A stretch of DNA of 64,000 nt from an uncultured Nitrospiraceae bacterium (GCA_963706325.1 CAVPLT010000001.1:192001-256000); one strand, 5' to 3'. Numbered from the stretch's first letter, positions 19,751-30,213 are shown. Numbers and translations are program-made. Notes: a model not told the origin generated them from the sequence alone.

Positions 19751-20620
19751 ATGATAGCGGCTCCAAGAGGGCGGGACAGACTCCATCACATAGCGGCCCA
19801 ATTCAGGAATCAGCGAGTGAGACCCGTGAGCAATCAGACCGTCGTTGAACATGTTGAGATCTCCCTTCAAACCCCGAGTGGGGAGATCACCACTGCTGTC
19901 GGAGTGCCGACGAGCTTCGTGCCGATCACGGCCATTCTTCCGCTCATGCGCGGCCTCGGCGAGGAAGCGCAGGCGCTGGAGCAACGCCGGCTGCTTGAGG
20001 CAGGCAAGACGGTTTCCTGTCAAAAGGGCTGCGCCGCCTGCTGCCGGATGCTTGTGCCGATCTCAGCGCCGGAAGCCCTCGCCTTGGCCCGCACGATGGA
20101 CCGTTTGGATCAAAGTGAGCGGAATCGCCTCCTGGCACAACTCGACTTGGCTCACCAACGCCTGGCCAAGGCCGGGTTGTTGAAACAATTGACCTCATTG
20201 GCCGAGTCAGAACATCCGGACACCGACGAGGCTATCGAACCATTGAATCGGGCCTACTATGCGCTCCGCATGCCCTGCCCCTTTCTAGCTGATGAGGTCT
20301 GTAGCATCTATGAGGATAGGCCAGCGGCCTGCCGCGAATTGGCCGTCACCTCCCCGGCCAGCGAGTGTCAGGATATGACCAATGCGACGATTCAACCGGT
20401 TCCCGTCGCCGTTCGGATCAGCACGACCTTGAGCCTGCTTTGGGCAGACCTGACCGGGACTGTGCCCAAGCTCATCCCACTGCCGTTGGCCGTCGACTGG
20501 GCCACCAGACACAAGGCAGAGCAGACAGGAAAATGGGCCGGCACGGAACTACTTGAGAAGGCCCTGGATAAAATCGGGCGATATCTCAGTCAGGAAAAGG
20601 CTCGCCGCAACAACCCCTAA
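19751..20620 (+). CDS. YkgJ-family cysteine-cluster protein
   Basis: SCQKGCAACC, PCPFL, CSIYEDRPAACR. Confidence 0.85.
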   Translation: MIAAPRGRDRLHHIAAQFRNQRVRPVSNQTVVEHVEISLQTPSGEITTAVGVPTSFVPITAILPLMRGLGEEAQALEQRRLLEAGKTVSCQKGCAACCRMLVPISAPEALALARTMDRLDQSERNRLLAQLDLAHQRLAKAGLLKQLTSLAESEHPDTDEAIEPLNRAYYALRMPCPFLADEVCSIYEDRPAACRELAVTSPASECQDMTNATIQPVPVAVRISTTLSLLWADLTGTVPKLIPLPLAVDWATRHKAEQTGKWAGTELLEKALDKIGRYLSQEKARRNNP

Positions 20621-20654
20621 GGGGCGCACATTCCGTACCTCCAAAGGAGATTTC

Positions 20655-21272
20655 ATGCAGAATCCCGTGATTGTCTGCCTCGATCTCGAGGGCGTGCTCG
20701 TTCCTGAAATTTGGGTCAATTTTGCCATCAAGACTGGCATCGAAGAGCTCAAAATCACGACGAGAGAGATGCCCGATTACGATGCCCTGATGACACGGCG
20801 CTTGAAGATCCTTGACCAGCACGGCTTCACCCTGGCCGACATCCAAGCCGTGATCGATGCCATGGGTCCCTTGGAAGGCGCGGCGGAGTTTGTCGCCTGG
20901 CTGCGGGAACGGACGCAGGTGATTATTCTGTCGGATACCTTCTATGAATTCGCCCTGCCGTTGATGCGGCAGTTGGGCTATCCCACGATTTTCTGCAATC
21001 AACTGGAGATCGGGCCAAACGGTCGTATCGTCAGCTACAAACTTCGGCAGCCGAACCAAAAGAAGCATGCGGTCGCCGCGCTGAAGAACCTCAACTTCCG
21101 CGTCATGGCCGCCGGTGATGCCTACAACGACACTGCCATGTTGGGTGAGGCCCACGCCGGATTCTTCTTCTGCCCGCCCGATCATCTGCCGAAGGAGTTT
21201 CCGCAGTTCCCGGTGACGAAAACCTACGCGGAGTTACAAGCGCGCTTCGCACAGGCAGGGAATTTCAAATAG
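20655..21272 (+). CDS. thrH: Phosphoserine phosphatase / homoserine phosphotransferase
   Basis: CLDLEGVLVPEIW, ILSDTFYEF, AAGDAYNDTAML; AAGGAG RBS. Confidence 0.93.
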   Translation: MQNPVIVCLDLEGVLVPEIWVNFAIKTGIEELKITTREMPDYDALMTRRLKILDQHGFTLADIQAVIDAMGPLEGAAEFVAWLRERTQVIILSDTFYEFALPLMRQLGYPTIFCNQLEIGPNGRIVSYKLRQPNQKKHAVAALKNLNFRVMAAGDAYNDTAMLGEAHAGFFFCPPDHLPKEFPQFPVTKTYAELQARFAQAGNFK

Positions 21273-21291
21273 CGTTCGGATTCGAATAGAC

Positions 21292-21315
21292 CCTTCCCCC
21301 CTCTGTAGGGGAAGG
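21292..21315. terminator. Hairpin between convergent thrH and recQ
   Basis: CCTTCCCC-N8-GGGGAAGG stem. Confidence 0.45.
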
Positions 21316-21380
21316 CAGAGAGGAAGAGAATTGCAACGAACGTTTTTCAAAGGGCTACGGGCCGAAAGAAAGATGATGGC

Positions 21381-23243
21381 CTAGTCCAGCGCCTCGTTCA
21401 CCACACTCAGCACCCGCCGGCCATACCGTTCCACCTTCACCTCGCCGATCCCTGGAATGTCCAACAGGGCCGCGAGCGTGCCGGGCTTGTGGCCGGCAAT
21501 GGTGCGCAGGGTCTTGTCGTGAAAAATCACAAAGGGCGCCACCCCTTCTTCCTCAGCCAGTTCCAGCCGTAAGCGACGAAGACGTTCGAACAATTGGGGG
21601 TCTGCCGAGGACATTTGTGGGGGAGCCATAGACCTTATAGGCTCACCCGGCTCTGACGAGAGCGCTCCATTTCTTGGGTGCGCCCTGGGCTTTTTGAGTG
21701 ATACAACGCTGCTCCCCTGCAGCACTTCCTGTCCCAGCCGCGTCACATCGATCGTGGGATACTCCGATCCTTCGACCTGAAGGTATCCCGAGTCGATCAG
21801 ATCTTTTACCAAACGGGTCATGGACGGCTTCGACCACGCTTGATGGGTACCATAACTCGGACAGCCTTCCGCTCCATATGCCAGCAACGCCTTCGAACGA
21901 CTCCCGCGAAGCAGCTCGACGATTCTGCTCACGCCGAACCGGCCTCCGCACCATGCGACCGCCGTTAGGACAGTCCTCGCAGAGTCGGCCTCATCATCGA
22001 TCCCAATCCCTCTACCCTCAGAGGGAATGGCACAGCTGTCACAAAGCCCGCAGGGCCCCATGGCCCGTTCGGCGTCATCACTAAAATAGTCCAAAATGGC
22101 CAGTTGGCGACAAGTCGAGACGGAGACGTACTCCAGCAGATCTTGCAGCAGGGTCTTCATGCGAGCGACGCGGTCAGCATTGCCTGCTTCTTTCGAGGCT
22201 TGCTGGATGAAATACTCCTGCGTCGCCCGATCACGCTCATGGAACAACAATACACAGGCAGCGGGTTGCCCATCACGTCCAGCCCGCCCCACTTCCTGGT
22301 AATAGGCCTCCAAGCTTCCCGGAATATCAAAATGGACCACCAGCCGGACGTCCGACTTATCGATCCCCATCCCGAACGCATTCGTCGCCGCGAGAATCCG
22401 CGCAGTCCCCTGGCGGAACTCGTCATGAACCACTCGACGTTCTTCATCCGATAAGCCGGCGTGATAGTACCCGACGCCTGGTTGCGACTGTCCAAGCCAT
22501 GCTGCTGCCTCCTCCACCGCACGGCGCGTGGCGCAATAGACCAGGATGGTACCAGTGCCAGAATCACGTACGAGTCGCTCCAGGGTGGCCAGTTTCTCTT
22601 GTCGCGAACGGCAGGTCCTGACAGAGAGGGAAAGATTGGGACGACGAAAGCCTGTGACCAATCGCAAGGGATCACGGAGCGATAACCGATCGCAGACATC
22701 CGCTTGCACACGCGCCGTAGCCGTGGCCGTCAGGGCGAGGCAGGGGGGATTGCCAAGCTCTCCGCGCAAACGACCAATGTTCAAATAGTCAGGCCTGAAG
22801 TCGTGGCCCCACTGGGAAATACAGTGAGCTTCGTCCACTACCATGAGGGACACCCACAGCGATCGCAAGAGCCGGAGAAACCGCTCGTGCTGCATCCGCT
22901 CCGGCGCGAGATACAGTAGCTGAAGCCGCCGCAACTTGAGATCCAGCACCACGCGGTCTCGTTCAGACTCGGAAAGGCCTGAGTGAAACGCCGCCGCCGC
23001 GATCTTCCTCGCCTGCATGCTGTCGACTTGATCCTGCATCAACGCGATGAGCGGAGAGATCACGAGGGTCAAACCGGGCAACTGGGTCGCCGGCAATTGG
23101 TAACAAAGTGACTTTCCCTGACCAGTCGGCATGACCGCCAGCGCATCGCGACGAGACAACACGGCTTCAATGACCTCACGTTGACCTGGACGGAAGGCTG
23201 AGAACCCAAATTGCCGGCTGAGTTGTGTGATCAGATCGTCCAC
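21381..23243 (-). CDS. recQ: ATP-dependent DNA helicase RecQ
   Basis: MPTGQGKSLCYQ, VDEAHCISQWGHDFRP, QEVGRAGRDG, Zn-binding Cys, RQC and HRDC domains; start approximate. Confidence 0.96.
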   Translation of the reverse strand: MDDLITQLSRQFGFSAFRPGQREVIEAVLSRRDALAVMPTGQGKSLCYQLPATQLPGLTLVISPLIALMQDQVDSMQARKIAAAAFHSGLSESERDRVVLDLKLRRLQLLYLAPERMQHERFLRLLRSLWVSLMVVDEAHCISQWGHDFRPDYLNIGRLRGELGNPPCLALTATATARVQADVCDRLSLRDPLRLVTGFRRPNLSLSVRTCRSRQEKLATLERLVRDSGTGTILVYCATRRAVEEAAAWLGQSQPGVGYYHAGLSDEERRVVHDEFRQGTARILAATNAFGMGIDKSDVRLVVHFDIPGSLEAYYQEVGRAGRDGQPAACVLLFHERDRATQEYFIQQASKEAGNADRVARMKTLLQDLLEYVSVSTCRQLAILDYFSDDAERAMGPCGLCDSCAIPSEGRGIGIDDEADSARTVLTAVAWCGGRFGVSRIVELLRGSRSKALLAYGAEGCPSYGTHQAWSKPSMTRLVKDLIDSGYLQVEGSEYPTIDVTRLGQEVLQGSSVVSLKKPRAHPRNGALSSEPGEPIRSMAPPQMSSADPQLFERLRRLRLELAEEEGVAPFVIFHDKTLRTIAGHKPGTLAALLDIPGIGEVKVERYGRRVLSVVNEALD

Positions 23244-23396
23244 GGTGAGGAGAAAGACTACGAATGCTGATGGAAATTTGGAATGGCCGAGTATAAGGCG
23301 CGCGACTGGCTCCAAGCAAGCCGGCTAACTAACCAAAGTCGCCATTCCAGCAATCACTGCCGATACTGTTCCGTGGAGCACAGGTCATCAGACTAA

Positions 23397-23430
23397 GAAA
23401 CCCCGCCGGGGATCAACCCGGCGGGGTTTC
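23397..23430 (-). terminator. Intrinsic terminator after the porin/helical-protein unit
   Basis: GAAACCCCGCCGGG-GATCAA-CCCGGCGGGGTTTC perfect stem. Confidence 0.8.
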
Positions 23431-23487
23431 GTACTTCGAGACAGGCAGGGGATCTCCCTCACGCCTCGCGAGTTCCTCACATAGCTG

Positions 23488-23916
23488 CTATGGCGCGGTA
23501 TAGCTGCCGAACTTCGGCACCGTGTCGCAGCCTGGTCCCTGATCCTGATTCGCCACACACAAAGGACGGAGGGCGCCCTGTGCGGACAGCCGTGCTTCTT
23601 TGTGCAAGCGCGCCTTGCCATAGTCTACAGCCATTTTCACCTGACGAAGGGCGCCACCACTGACGCCGCCAGACTGGGCCTTGCTCAGCCCATCTTGCAG
23701 TTTTGCCGTGGCGCTATCGATGACGGACCGGTCCGATCCCCATCGCTTCGTGACATCGACGGTCGTTCGCTTTCCGAGGCCCGGCGCATCGGTCAGTTCG
23801 ACGATGGCATCGTTCACGGCTTGAATGGCATCCGCAACCTGAGCCTGCGCAACAATCGGCTGACTGCCGATCACCCACGCTGCGACGCCCAGCGTTACGA
23901 ACATAAGTTTCTTCAT
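23488..23916 (-). CDS. Exported helical hypothetical protein
   Basis: Signal peptide MKKLMF...AQA, AAGGAG RBS, two C-terminal Cys. Confidence 0.75.
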   Translation of the reverse strand: MKKLMFVTLGVAAWVIGSQPIVAQAQVADAIQAVNDAIVELTDAPGLGKRTTVDVTKRWGSDRSVIDSATAKLQDGLSKAQSGGVSGGALRQVKMAVDYGKARLHKEARLSAQGALRPLCVANQDQGPGCDTVPKFGSYTAP

Positions 23917-24025
23917 TGCGTGTCTCCTTTTCTTTTCAACGCCAGGAGGACGGACCATTATTGCAGCATTCGCTGCCCGAGGCGTCCCTTACCCTGTCGC
24001 ATCAAATCCAACGCTGCACGCATGC

Positions 24026-25714
24026 TTAGAAGTTCATCCACAGGGACATATAGCCCCAATGCTGATTTTGCGTCTGGTTCAAGGTGCTGGTCAAATAGCC
24101 GCCGCTGAACATGGTACCGTAGGCAGCTTGGAGCGCCACCTTGCCGTCTGCGAACATTCTGGTATAAGCCACGTCGATTTCATCGCCGATATGCGTCTTC
24201 GTGTTGTTGGCATTGGAGAACACGTAACAGCCCTGCGAGCCTCGATACCAGCAATCCTTAGAATTGGCCAGGTTCAAATTCGTGTACCACAATTCGATAT
24301 GGTCACGAGCACTAGGACGGGCCTGTAGATTGACCGATGGAGACAACATGTTCTTCCAGGCTTGCACGTCCATGTAACCCATGTGGATGTGGTTGGTCGG
24401 GAAGAAGTTTTCAAACGTATTGGCTGTACCGCAGGAACCAGCAGCTGCGCCGGCACCGCAGACGTTGTTCCGGCTATCACCAGAGGCGTAATCGAGGTTG
24501 AACGCCAACCGGGTTTTCCAGGCCGTATCATAGAACGTGTAACCGATCCAGTTTCTGGTTGCCCAGGCATTGATGTGCAAACATTTTTGCTCACCGGAAC
24601 AAGCACCGACCTGACCCATTTGGCCGAATTGATAGGCCACTTCATTTGAGAAGTCGAACCCGCCTTTACGCAATTCGACCCGATTCCCGAGCATATGACG
24701 AGTTTGGTTCGAGTGCTTGGCCGTACCAAGACCTTGCCCCGCGTTATCCGCTGAGCCATAGCGATTCGAATACAACACATAGAACGGCTCGATGACCATT
24801 CCAGGGACCATCTTGAGCTGGTTGTAGAAGATGAACATATCGGCGTCACGTTGTGCATCCTGTCCGCCAGTACCGGCGATGTTGGGGGCGCCACTCCCGA
24901 CTGGGGCTGCCTGACCAATATCGCTTTCTGAATTTCGGAACCAGCCGAGGTAGCTGTCAAATGATTTGGTCTGATAGGCAAACATCGCACCGTCATGTGA
25001 ATAGCCGGTGTTGGCCCAATCGAAGTGGCCGAACAGTGAGTGGTTGCCGAACACGACGTACTGACGGCCGACCTTCAGGCTCAAGCCCTGCACGTCGGCC
25101 AGGTTCCTGATCAACATGTAAGCGGCGCGGACACCCAGGCGACCATTGTTGCCGCCACCGCCCGCGACACCACCATTGTGGTTCAGCGGATCGCCACCAT
25201 TTCCCGCATTAGTGGCGCTTCCGTTGCCACCCCAAGTCGCGCTATCGATGATTTCCATGTAGAAATTCACGTCGGGCGAGAGATCATATCCGATACCCAA
25301 ACGCACCCACTGTTGCACAAAGAAATCGTTGCCTTTGTTCCCGTGTTGGCGCCCGTGTTAGGTGCCGCTCCTCGGGAGATGCGAGCGGCCACCGAAGGTG
25401 TTACATGTTCCTCCTGCAAGCTGGGCCCCACCGAAGCAGGCGTTGTTCCGCATTTCCGGCCGCACGCGCAGATCGGCGCGCATCCAAAGATTCTTAAGGT
25501 CGAAATTCCGGCCGATGACCGGATCAAAACTTTCATATGCTTCTTTTTGCGGCATGTTGCGGGGAATGGCGGGAAGATTCGTGATGCGTTCGCCCGGGGG
25601 CAGTTCGAATCCGGCAAAGGCCGGGACTGCGAGACACTGCAGAGCGGTCACTGCCGCAGCGCCAAAGATGGTAGCCAACCGGCCCCACCTGGTCCGTCCA
25701 TGGATGCGTTTCAT
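24026..25714 (-). CDS. Alginate-export-family outer-membrane beta-barrel, interrupted by an in-frame TAA at 25358-25360
   Basis: Signal peptide (…AFA) and ADLRVRPE in the 5' ORF; KVGRQ, LDYASGD, FPTNH and terminal aromatic …WMNF in the 3' ORF. Both ORFs share one frame. Confidence 0.8.
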
Positions 25715-25968
25715 AGCGTTCCTCCTGTGAATTGGATGGCAACCCATTGTGTACCCATTCACTCCGGGTGCCGTCTGTACATCCAACCGCTATTGCACTG
25801 TGAGTTCAAACTCTTGTGTGTGGGTCTTGGTCGGCCAGACCCGATGGTGCCCACCATCCGGCCTCACTGCTTGTTTCGATCCCGAAACAGGCTTCCCACA
25901 CAGTAAGGTCTTGTCTAATGACTCTAGTCACCTCCCTTCACAGCTGTAGAGCGATTGAAAAAATGGTA

Positions 25969-26268
25969 TTAGGCCTGCTTGGGCAAACCCGATTCCTCTG
26001 CCCCGTGCTCTACGCCCGATGTTGCCTGATTGATTTCCTCTTCCGCTTCTTTCATCGACGATTCGAAGTCCTGCTCCACCATCTTCATCTCCTGTTGAAT
26101 CATGTTGAGCTCTGGCTCAACCGTCTTCTTCAGGTCGTCTGCCGTTTCCTTGAACCCTTTAACCGCCTTACCGACCTGACGGCCAATCTCGGGCAGTTGC
26201 TTTGGCCCGAACAATAAGAAGGCAATCACCAGAATGATGAGAATTTCTCCAGCGCCAAGACCGAACAT
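25969..26268 (-). CDS. tatB: Tat translocase subunit, TatB-like
   Basis: MFGLGAGEILIILVIAFLLFGPKQLPEIGR. Confidence 0.75.
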   Translation of the reverse strand: MFGLGAGEILIILVIAFLLFGPKQLPEIGRQVGKAVKGFKETADDLKKTVEPELNMIQQEMKMVEQDFESSMKEAEEEINQATSGVEHGAEESGLPKQA

Positions 26269-26358
26269 GGTGTTCCTTGCTGAGGCGGAATTCGTAAAGC
26301 CAACCAGCGACCCCATGGTCAGGCAGCCGGCATTCAGCCCCTATCCTCAGCTCGCAAG

Positions 26359-26643
26359 TTACCCCTGCGTTGTCCGTGGCGGTGGAGCCGCATCGGCCTG
26401 CTGCGCAGGCGGCGGTGTGGCTGACTGCCCAGGTTGCTGGATCTGTGCCGACGGCGGTGGCGCATGAGGTTCCGCTTCCGTGGCCGTGACATCGATCGCA
26501 TCCGCTTCATGGACAGATTTCTTGAACCCCTTGATTGCTTTGCCTAATCCTTCTCCGAGCTGCGGAATTTTCCCCGCGCCGAAGATGATCAGCACGATGA
26601 CGAGAATCAGCAGCAGCTCCATCCAGCCGAACGAACCAAACAT
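26359..26643 (-). CDS. tatA: Tat translocase subunit TatA
   Basis: ELLLILVIVLIIFGAGKIPQLGEGLGKAIKGFKK. Confidence 0.9.
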   Translation of the reverse strand: MFGSFGWMELLLILVIVLIIFGAGKIPQLGEGLGKAIKGFKKSVHEADAIDVTATEAEPHAPPPSAQIQQPGQSATPPPAQQADAAPPPRTTQG

Positions 26644-26926
26644 GGTACTGTATGCTCCTTGTTACAGCTGTGCGATTATTCGCACGACGTACGTGCATGT
26701 ACGTGCGACCGACGAATCAGTTTCGTGAAGAGAAGCGCCTGAGATGACCGTGACTGCGAGACCGCGTCCTGTTGGTTGTCGTGATACAAGGACAATGGAC
26801 TGGTTTCCTTTGGTAAATCGCGGGAAAGGCTATAGAAATGTAAGTAATTAGTCAAGCTCTTTCTCCTCCATATATCCCTATCGATCATAATGTGCAAGAC
26901 AAGCCGTACAATTTTACGTATGACCA

Positions 26927-28411
26927 TTACGGACGAAATGAGAAATGATGATACTCGACCGGGCTCGGCGGGGCCCCCAACGCCATCAAGACAGCTTCAC
27001 GCTCGTAGCCCACAGCCTCCAAGGCGATCTGTGACTGACTCAATTCCTCCTCCGTCACATAGGCGATGGTATCGGGGATCCCGTTCGGCTTGAGCGAGAG
27101 CAGTGTGCCTTGGGTGGACTCACGTTCTTCCTCTGGCATCTCGCTACGTAGCGGGAATTCGATCTTGCGTTGATAGGGACTCTCATAGGTCTCGTTCAAT
27201 GTGCGGATCGTCTGCACGGTGAGCCGGTCCAATTCCCACGGCTCAACTTTCGAGCTGAGCATGGGATGGCAAGCCAGGAGATCCATGAGGGTCATGACGT
27301 TGGTTCCGAGCCGGCTCCCGACAAACTCTCGCTGCGTTTCAATCGTAATCGCCGCAATGCCCAGATGCTTGGCTACCGCCTGAATGATGGCCAGGTTTAC
27401 CATAAAGCTGTATTGGCCCCCAAAGAGTCCATAGCAAGGCTTATCAGGATCGTTCAGCACCTCCATATCGGCTGTACCGGCATCGAAACTACTGAAACCC
27501 ACCGCATCAGGAGCCAGGACTCGCTTGGCCTCCTTGATGGAGGCGCAGGCCCCAAGGTTCACGGGCACCAGGACCTCATCATCAATCGCTTTCATAAATT
27601 CAGTGATGGTTTTTCGATAGGGTATGTCTTTCCATTCCACCTTGTGGTATTCGCGCTCCCAAATCAGATCGTCCAGAAAGGGCGGGAACTGCTTTAAGCG
27701 GTCGATGTCCTTCGCCTCGAACGCGCGGACAAACCCAGACCAATCTGCGATGGCCGCGGCTTTACGTTCATTGAGGTTGGGACGGAGATGCTCCTCTTCG
27801 TACTCAGCGCCCTTCTTGGCCAGAAGCTTGGTCGCCAGCTCGTTCCAGAGCTCGTTACAAACGATACGATCGACCGTGCCGTCAGCGACGGTTGCCAGAT
27901 TTTGAACATCGGCGCACAGCGTCTCGATCTTTGCCACATGCGGGGCAAGATCAGGATGGGCGCGCGCCTGCTCCAATGCCTGAGCCTGCGAATCGACCAG
28001 AACATAGCGAAGCCGCGGATAGACTTGGCCAGTCTTATCAAGACGCTGCACGTGACTGAGAAAGCATGCCGCAAGGTTGCCGTTTCCCGGCCCCCACTCC
28101 ATCACCGTCAATGGCGGATGCGGCTTCGCGTCTACAGACGAAGGATCCACCTGACCGGGGGATGCCTGGCGTTTCACGGCGGCTTTTTTGTCACGCTTGA
28201 TCACCTGCTCGTAATAGTCTGCCGCCAAGGCATGTGCCAGCCGATAATCCGCGGAGGTGAAGGTCTGGTAGAATCGGCGTTGTTGATCACCTCGCAATTC
28301 ATAGAACAGGGTATTGATGTGGTCCTGCCATTGATCGACCGGCTTATACTCCCCCAATGGTTGAGGCAGCGCATCGGGATCGTCTAGTTTGGTCATGAGT
28401 TGTTGTTCCAT
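26927..28411 (-). CDS. SAM-dependent methyltransferase, MidA/NDUFAF7-like
   Basis: EWGPGNGNLA motif I, YVLVD, IVCNELW, FMVN, TQREF. Confidence 0.7.
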   Translation of the reverse strand: MEQQLMTKLDDPDALPQPLGEYKPVDQWQDHINTLFYELRGDQQRRFYQTFTSADYRLAHALAADYYEQVIKRDKKAAVKRQASPGQVDPSSVDAKPHPPLTVMEWGPGNGNLAACFLSHVQRLDKTGQVYPRLRYVLVDSQAQALEQARAHPDLAPHVAKIETLCADVQNLATVADGTVDRIVCNELWNELATKLLAKKGAEYEEEHLRPNLNERKAAAIADWSGFVRAFEAKDIDRLKQFPPFLDDLIWEREYHKVEWKDIPYRKTITEFMKAIDDEVLVPVNLGACASIKEAKRVLAPDAVGFSSFDAGTADMEVLNDPDKPCYGLFGGQYSFMVNLAIIQAVAKHLGIAAITIETQREFVGSRLGTNVMTLMDLLACHPMLSSKVEPWELDRLTVQTIRTLNETYESPYQRKIEFPLRSEMPEEERESTQGTLLSLKPNGIPDTIAYVTEEELSQSQIALEAVGYEREAVLMALGAPPSPVEYHHFSFRP

Positions 28412-28540
28412 TACATTCCCCCCTGAAAAGGGAGAAATTCTACCAGGAAGCAAATTTCACCCGCAACTCGCTCATGGATGACACTCGTGCGGCCCGAGCC
28501 AATTATTGACAGACCTGCCGGACGGAGTGTAGCAAGAAGA

Positions 28541-29116
28541 ATGAGGCAGCCCTACACACTCATCTGTCCGCTCGTTCTGCTCTCGGGTTGTCTCGTCTGG
28601 GCAGAAGACATCCCGCTCACTCACAACGTGCCGATCCCGGACTTTCAAAACCGCACCGAAACTCCCGCGCCCTACAATTTTGACGCCCCTCCGCAAGGGA
28701 TGTTTCGCAGCATTGTTTTGGCCGAAGCGTTCGAGGAAGAACTCGGCTTTCAACGCACCCATGAAATCGTACCTGTCAGACCAACCGAACGGTTCTCCGT
28801 AGGAACCAAAGCGGTCTTCATCGTCTTCGAGCTGCACCAGCATTACCAATCCTTCCAGCTCTTCGGGCGCTGCTATCCGGAGCAGGTGGAGGGGCTGGAT
28901 GAACACTCAGTGGTGGCTGAAGATGCGATGTATATCGCTCTGGAAGATCAAACCGGCTATCTCAAGCTGTTCCCTCCGCAAGGCAGCTGGAAACCAGGCC
29001 GCTATAAGGTGGAGATCCACGCGGGTGAGCAAATCAACGACATGAGTCTCATGGGCACCATGCGTTTTACGATCGCCGCTTCGTCGGACGCGGTGACCTC
29101 GACCAGCCAGCAGTAA
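28541..29116 (+). CDS. Exported hypothetical beta-rich protein
   Basis: Signal peptide; WKPGRYKVEI Ig-like strand pattern. Confidence 0.7.
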   Translation: MRQPYTLICPLVLLSGCLVWAEDIPLTHNVPIPDFQNRTETPAPYNFDAPPQGMFRSIVLAEAFEEELGFQRTHEIVPVRPTERFSVGTKAVFIVFELHQHYQSFQLFGRCYPEQVEGLDEHSVVAEDAMYIALEDQTGYLKLFPPQGSWKPGRYKVEIHAGEQINDMSLMGTMRFTIAASSDAVTSTSQQ

Positions 29117-29481
29117 AACCGCCTTTAAACCTCGAATGTCCCTCCCCTCGGCTAGCGCGTGATCCCAGATGGTTAGAGGGAATCGATTCGTTCGGCTCAG
29201 ACCCTATATCGACAGGGCCGACAGGCACCTGTCCAAACCGGTCGGACTGTCATTGAATGATCGAATGGCTCCCCACTCCTGGTTACGTCGTCAACGCCTG
29301 GGCGTTATAATGCGCATCCCATGCTCGCCGGAATTGCAACCTACGCCATGATCATCTTTTGCTGGGCCATGCTTGAAACCAGTGACTTGGATAGTCAACC
29401 GGCGACTCATCTCTCTTCGGCATTGTACGTGGCAGCCTGAAAAGAGGTGCATCTCATCACCTGGTTATAAGAGGAGACCCT

Positions 29482-29841
29482 ATGTCATCGACGTTGGTGG
29501 CCATCGTTTCGCTGCTTGTTCTTTCCAATCTCTTTATGACGGTGGCCTGGTATGGTCATCTTCGATTCACCAGCTATCCCCTGTGGTTGGCGGTGCTGGC
29601 GAGTTGGGGCATCGCGTTTTTTGAATATTGCCTTCAGGTGCCGGCCAACCGGATTGGATACCAAGCCTTCTCGGCCTATCATTTAAAGACCTTGCAGGAA
29701 ATTATCACCCTTTCGGTATTTATCGTCTTTGCCGAAGTCTATTTGGGAGAAGGCCTCAAGCCGAAACATCTGGCAGGTTTTGTGTTGCTCGCCCTCGCGG
29801 CCTGGACCATTTTTCAAGATTGGTATGGGCTGGAATGGTAG
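29482..29841 (+). CDS. Small DMT-family membrane protein (DUF486 type)
   Basis: SNLFMTVAWYGHL, SWGIAFFEYCLQVPANRIG, LKTLQEIITL; GAGGAG RBS. Confidence 0.9.
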   Translation: MSSTLVAIVSLLVLSNLFMTVAWYGHLRFTSYPLWLAVLASWGIAFFEYCLQVPANRIGYQAFSAYHLKTLQEIITLSVFIVFAEVYLGEGLKPKHLAGFVLLALAAWTIFQDWYGLEW

Positions 29842-30213
29842 GACGATTTGGCGGAAAGGGGGCGAGTTGTTAGTTGTTATAGGAGCGCTACCACTCGCCA
29901 TGGCAACGGTTCTAGGCTGGTGGTCATGCGTCAAACCGAATCAGCACAAGTCCCGAAGCAGCACGTTGACCGACTGGGCCGAGGCGTAGCTGGTTGTCCG
30001 CTATGCGCTCTACGTCAAGTTGAAAGAGTTAGGACTGCGCGAGGGCGACTAAATCCGACAGCCGTCGCTGTGGTTGCACGCCAGGATTTTTATCGACCGG
30101 GCCGTGCGAGACTGGGTAATTCCTTCTCGCATGTTTGACCATCTATCAATTCCTTTTGTAGAATGTGCCCGGTGCACTCCGGAACCCCTGCGCAAAGGAA
30201 CCGATCCCGCCCC

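Noticed and set aside
25840..25927. Plus-strand GATGGTGCCCACC...CTAATGACTCT resembling a fluoride riboswitch
   Set aside because: It is antisense to the flanking genes, the spacing is too long, and no fluoride-related gene lies downstream.
26682..26707. ACGTGC/GTAC self-complementary repeats upstream of tatA
   Set aside because: Short and low in complexity; cannot be distinguished from chance.
29321..29440. tmRNA, suggested by the tag-like ending YVAA-stop
   Set aside because: No tRNA-like GGGG...CCACCA ends or T-arm nearby.
29890..30051. Protein-like fragment ending LVVRYALYVKLKELGLREGD after an in-frame stop
   Set aside because: Too short to assign to any family; may be a remnant or chance.
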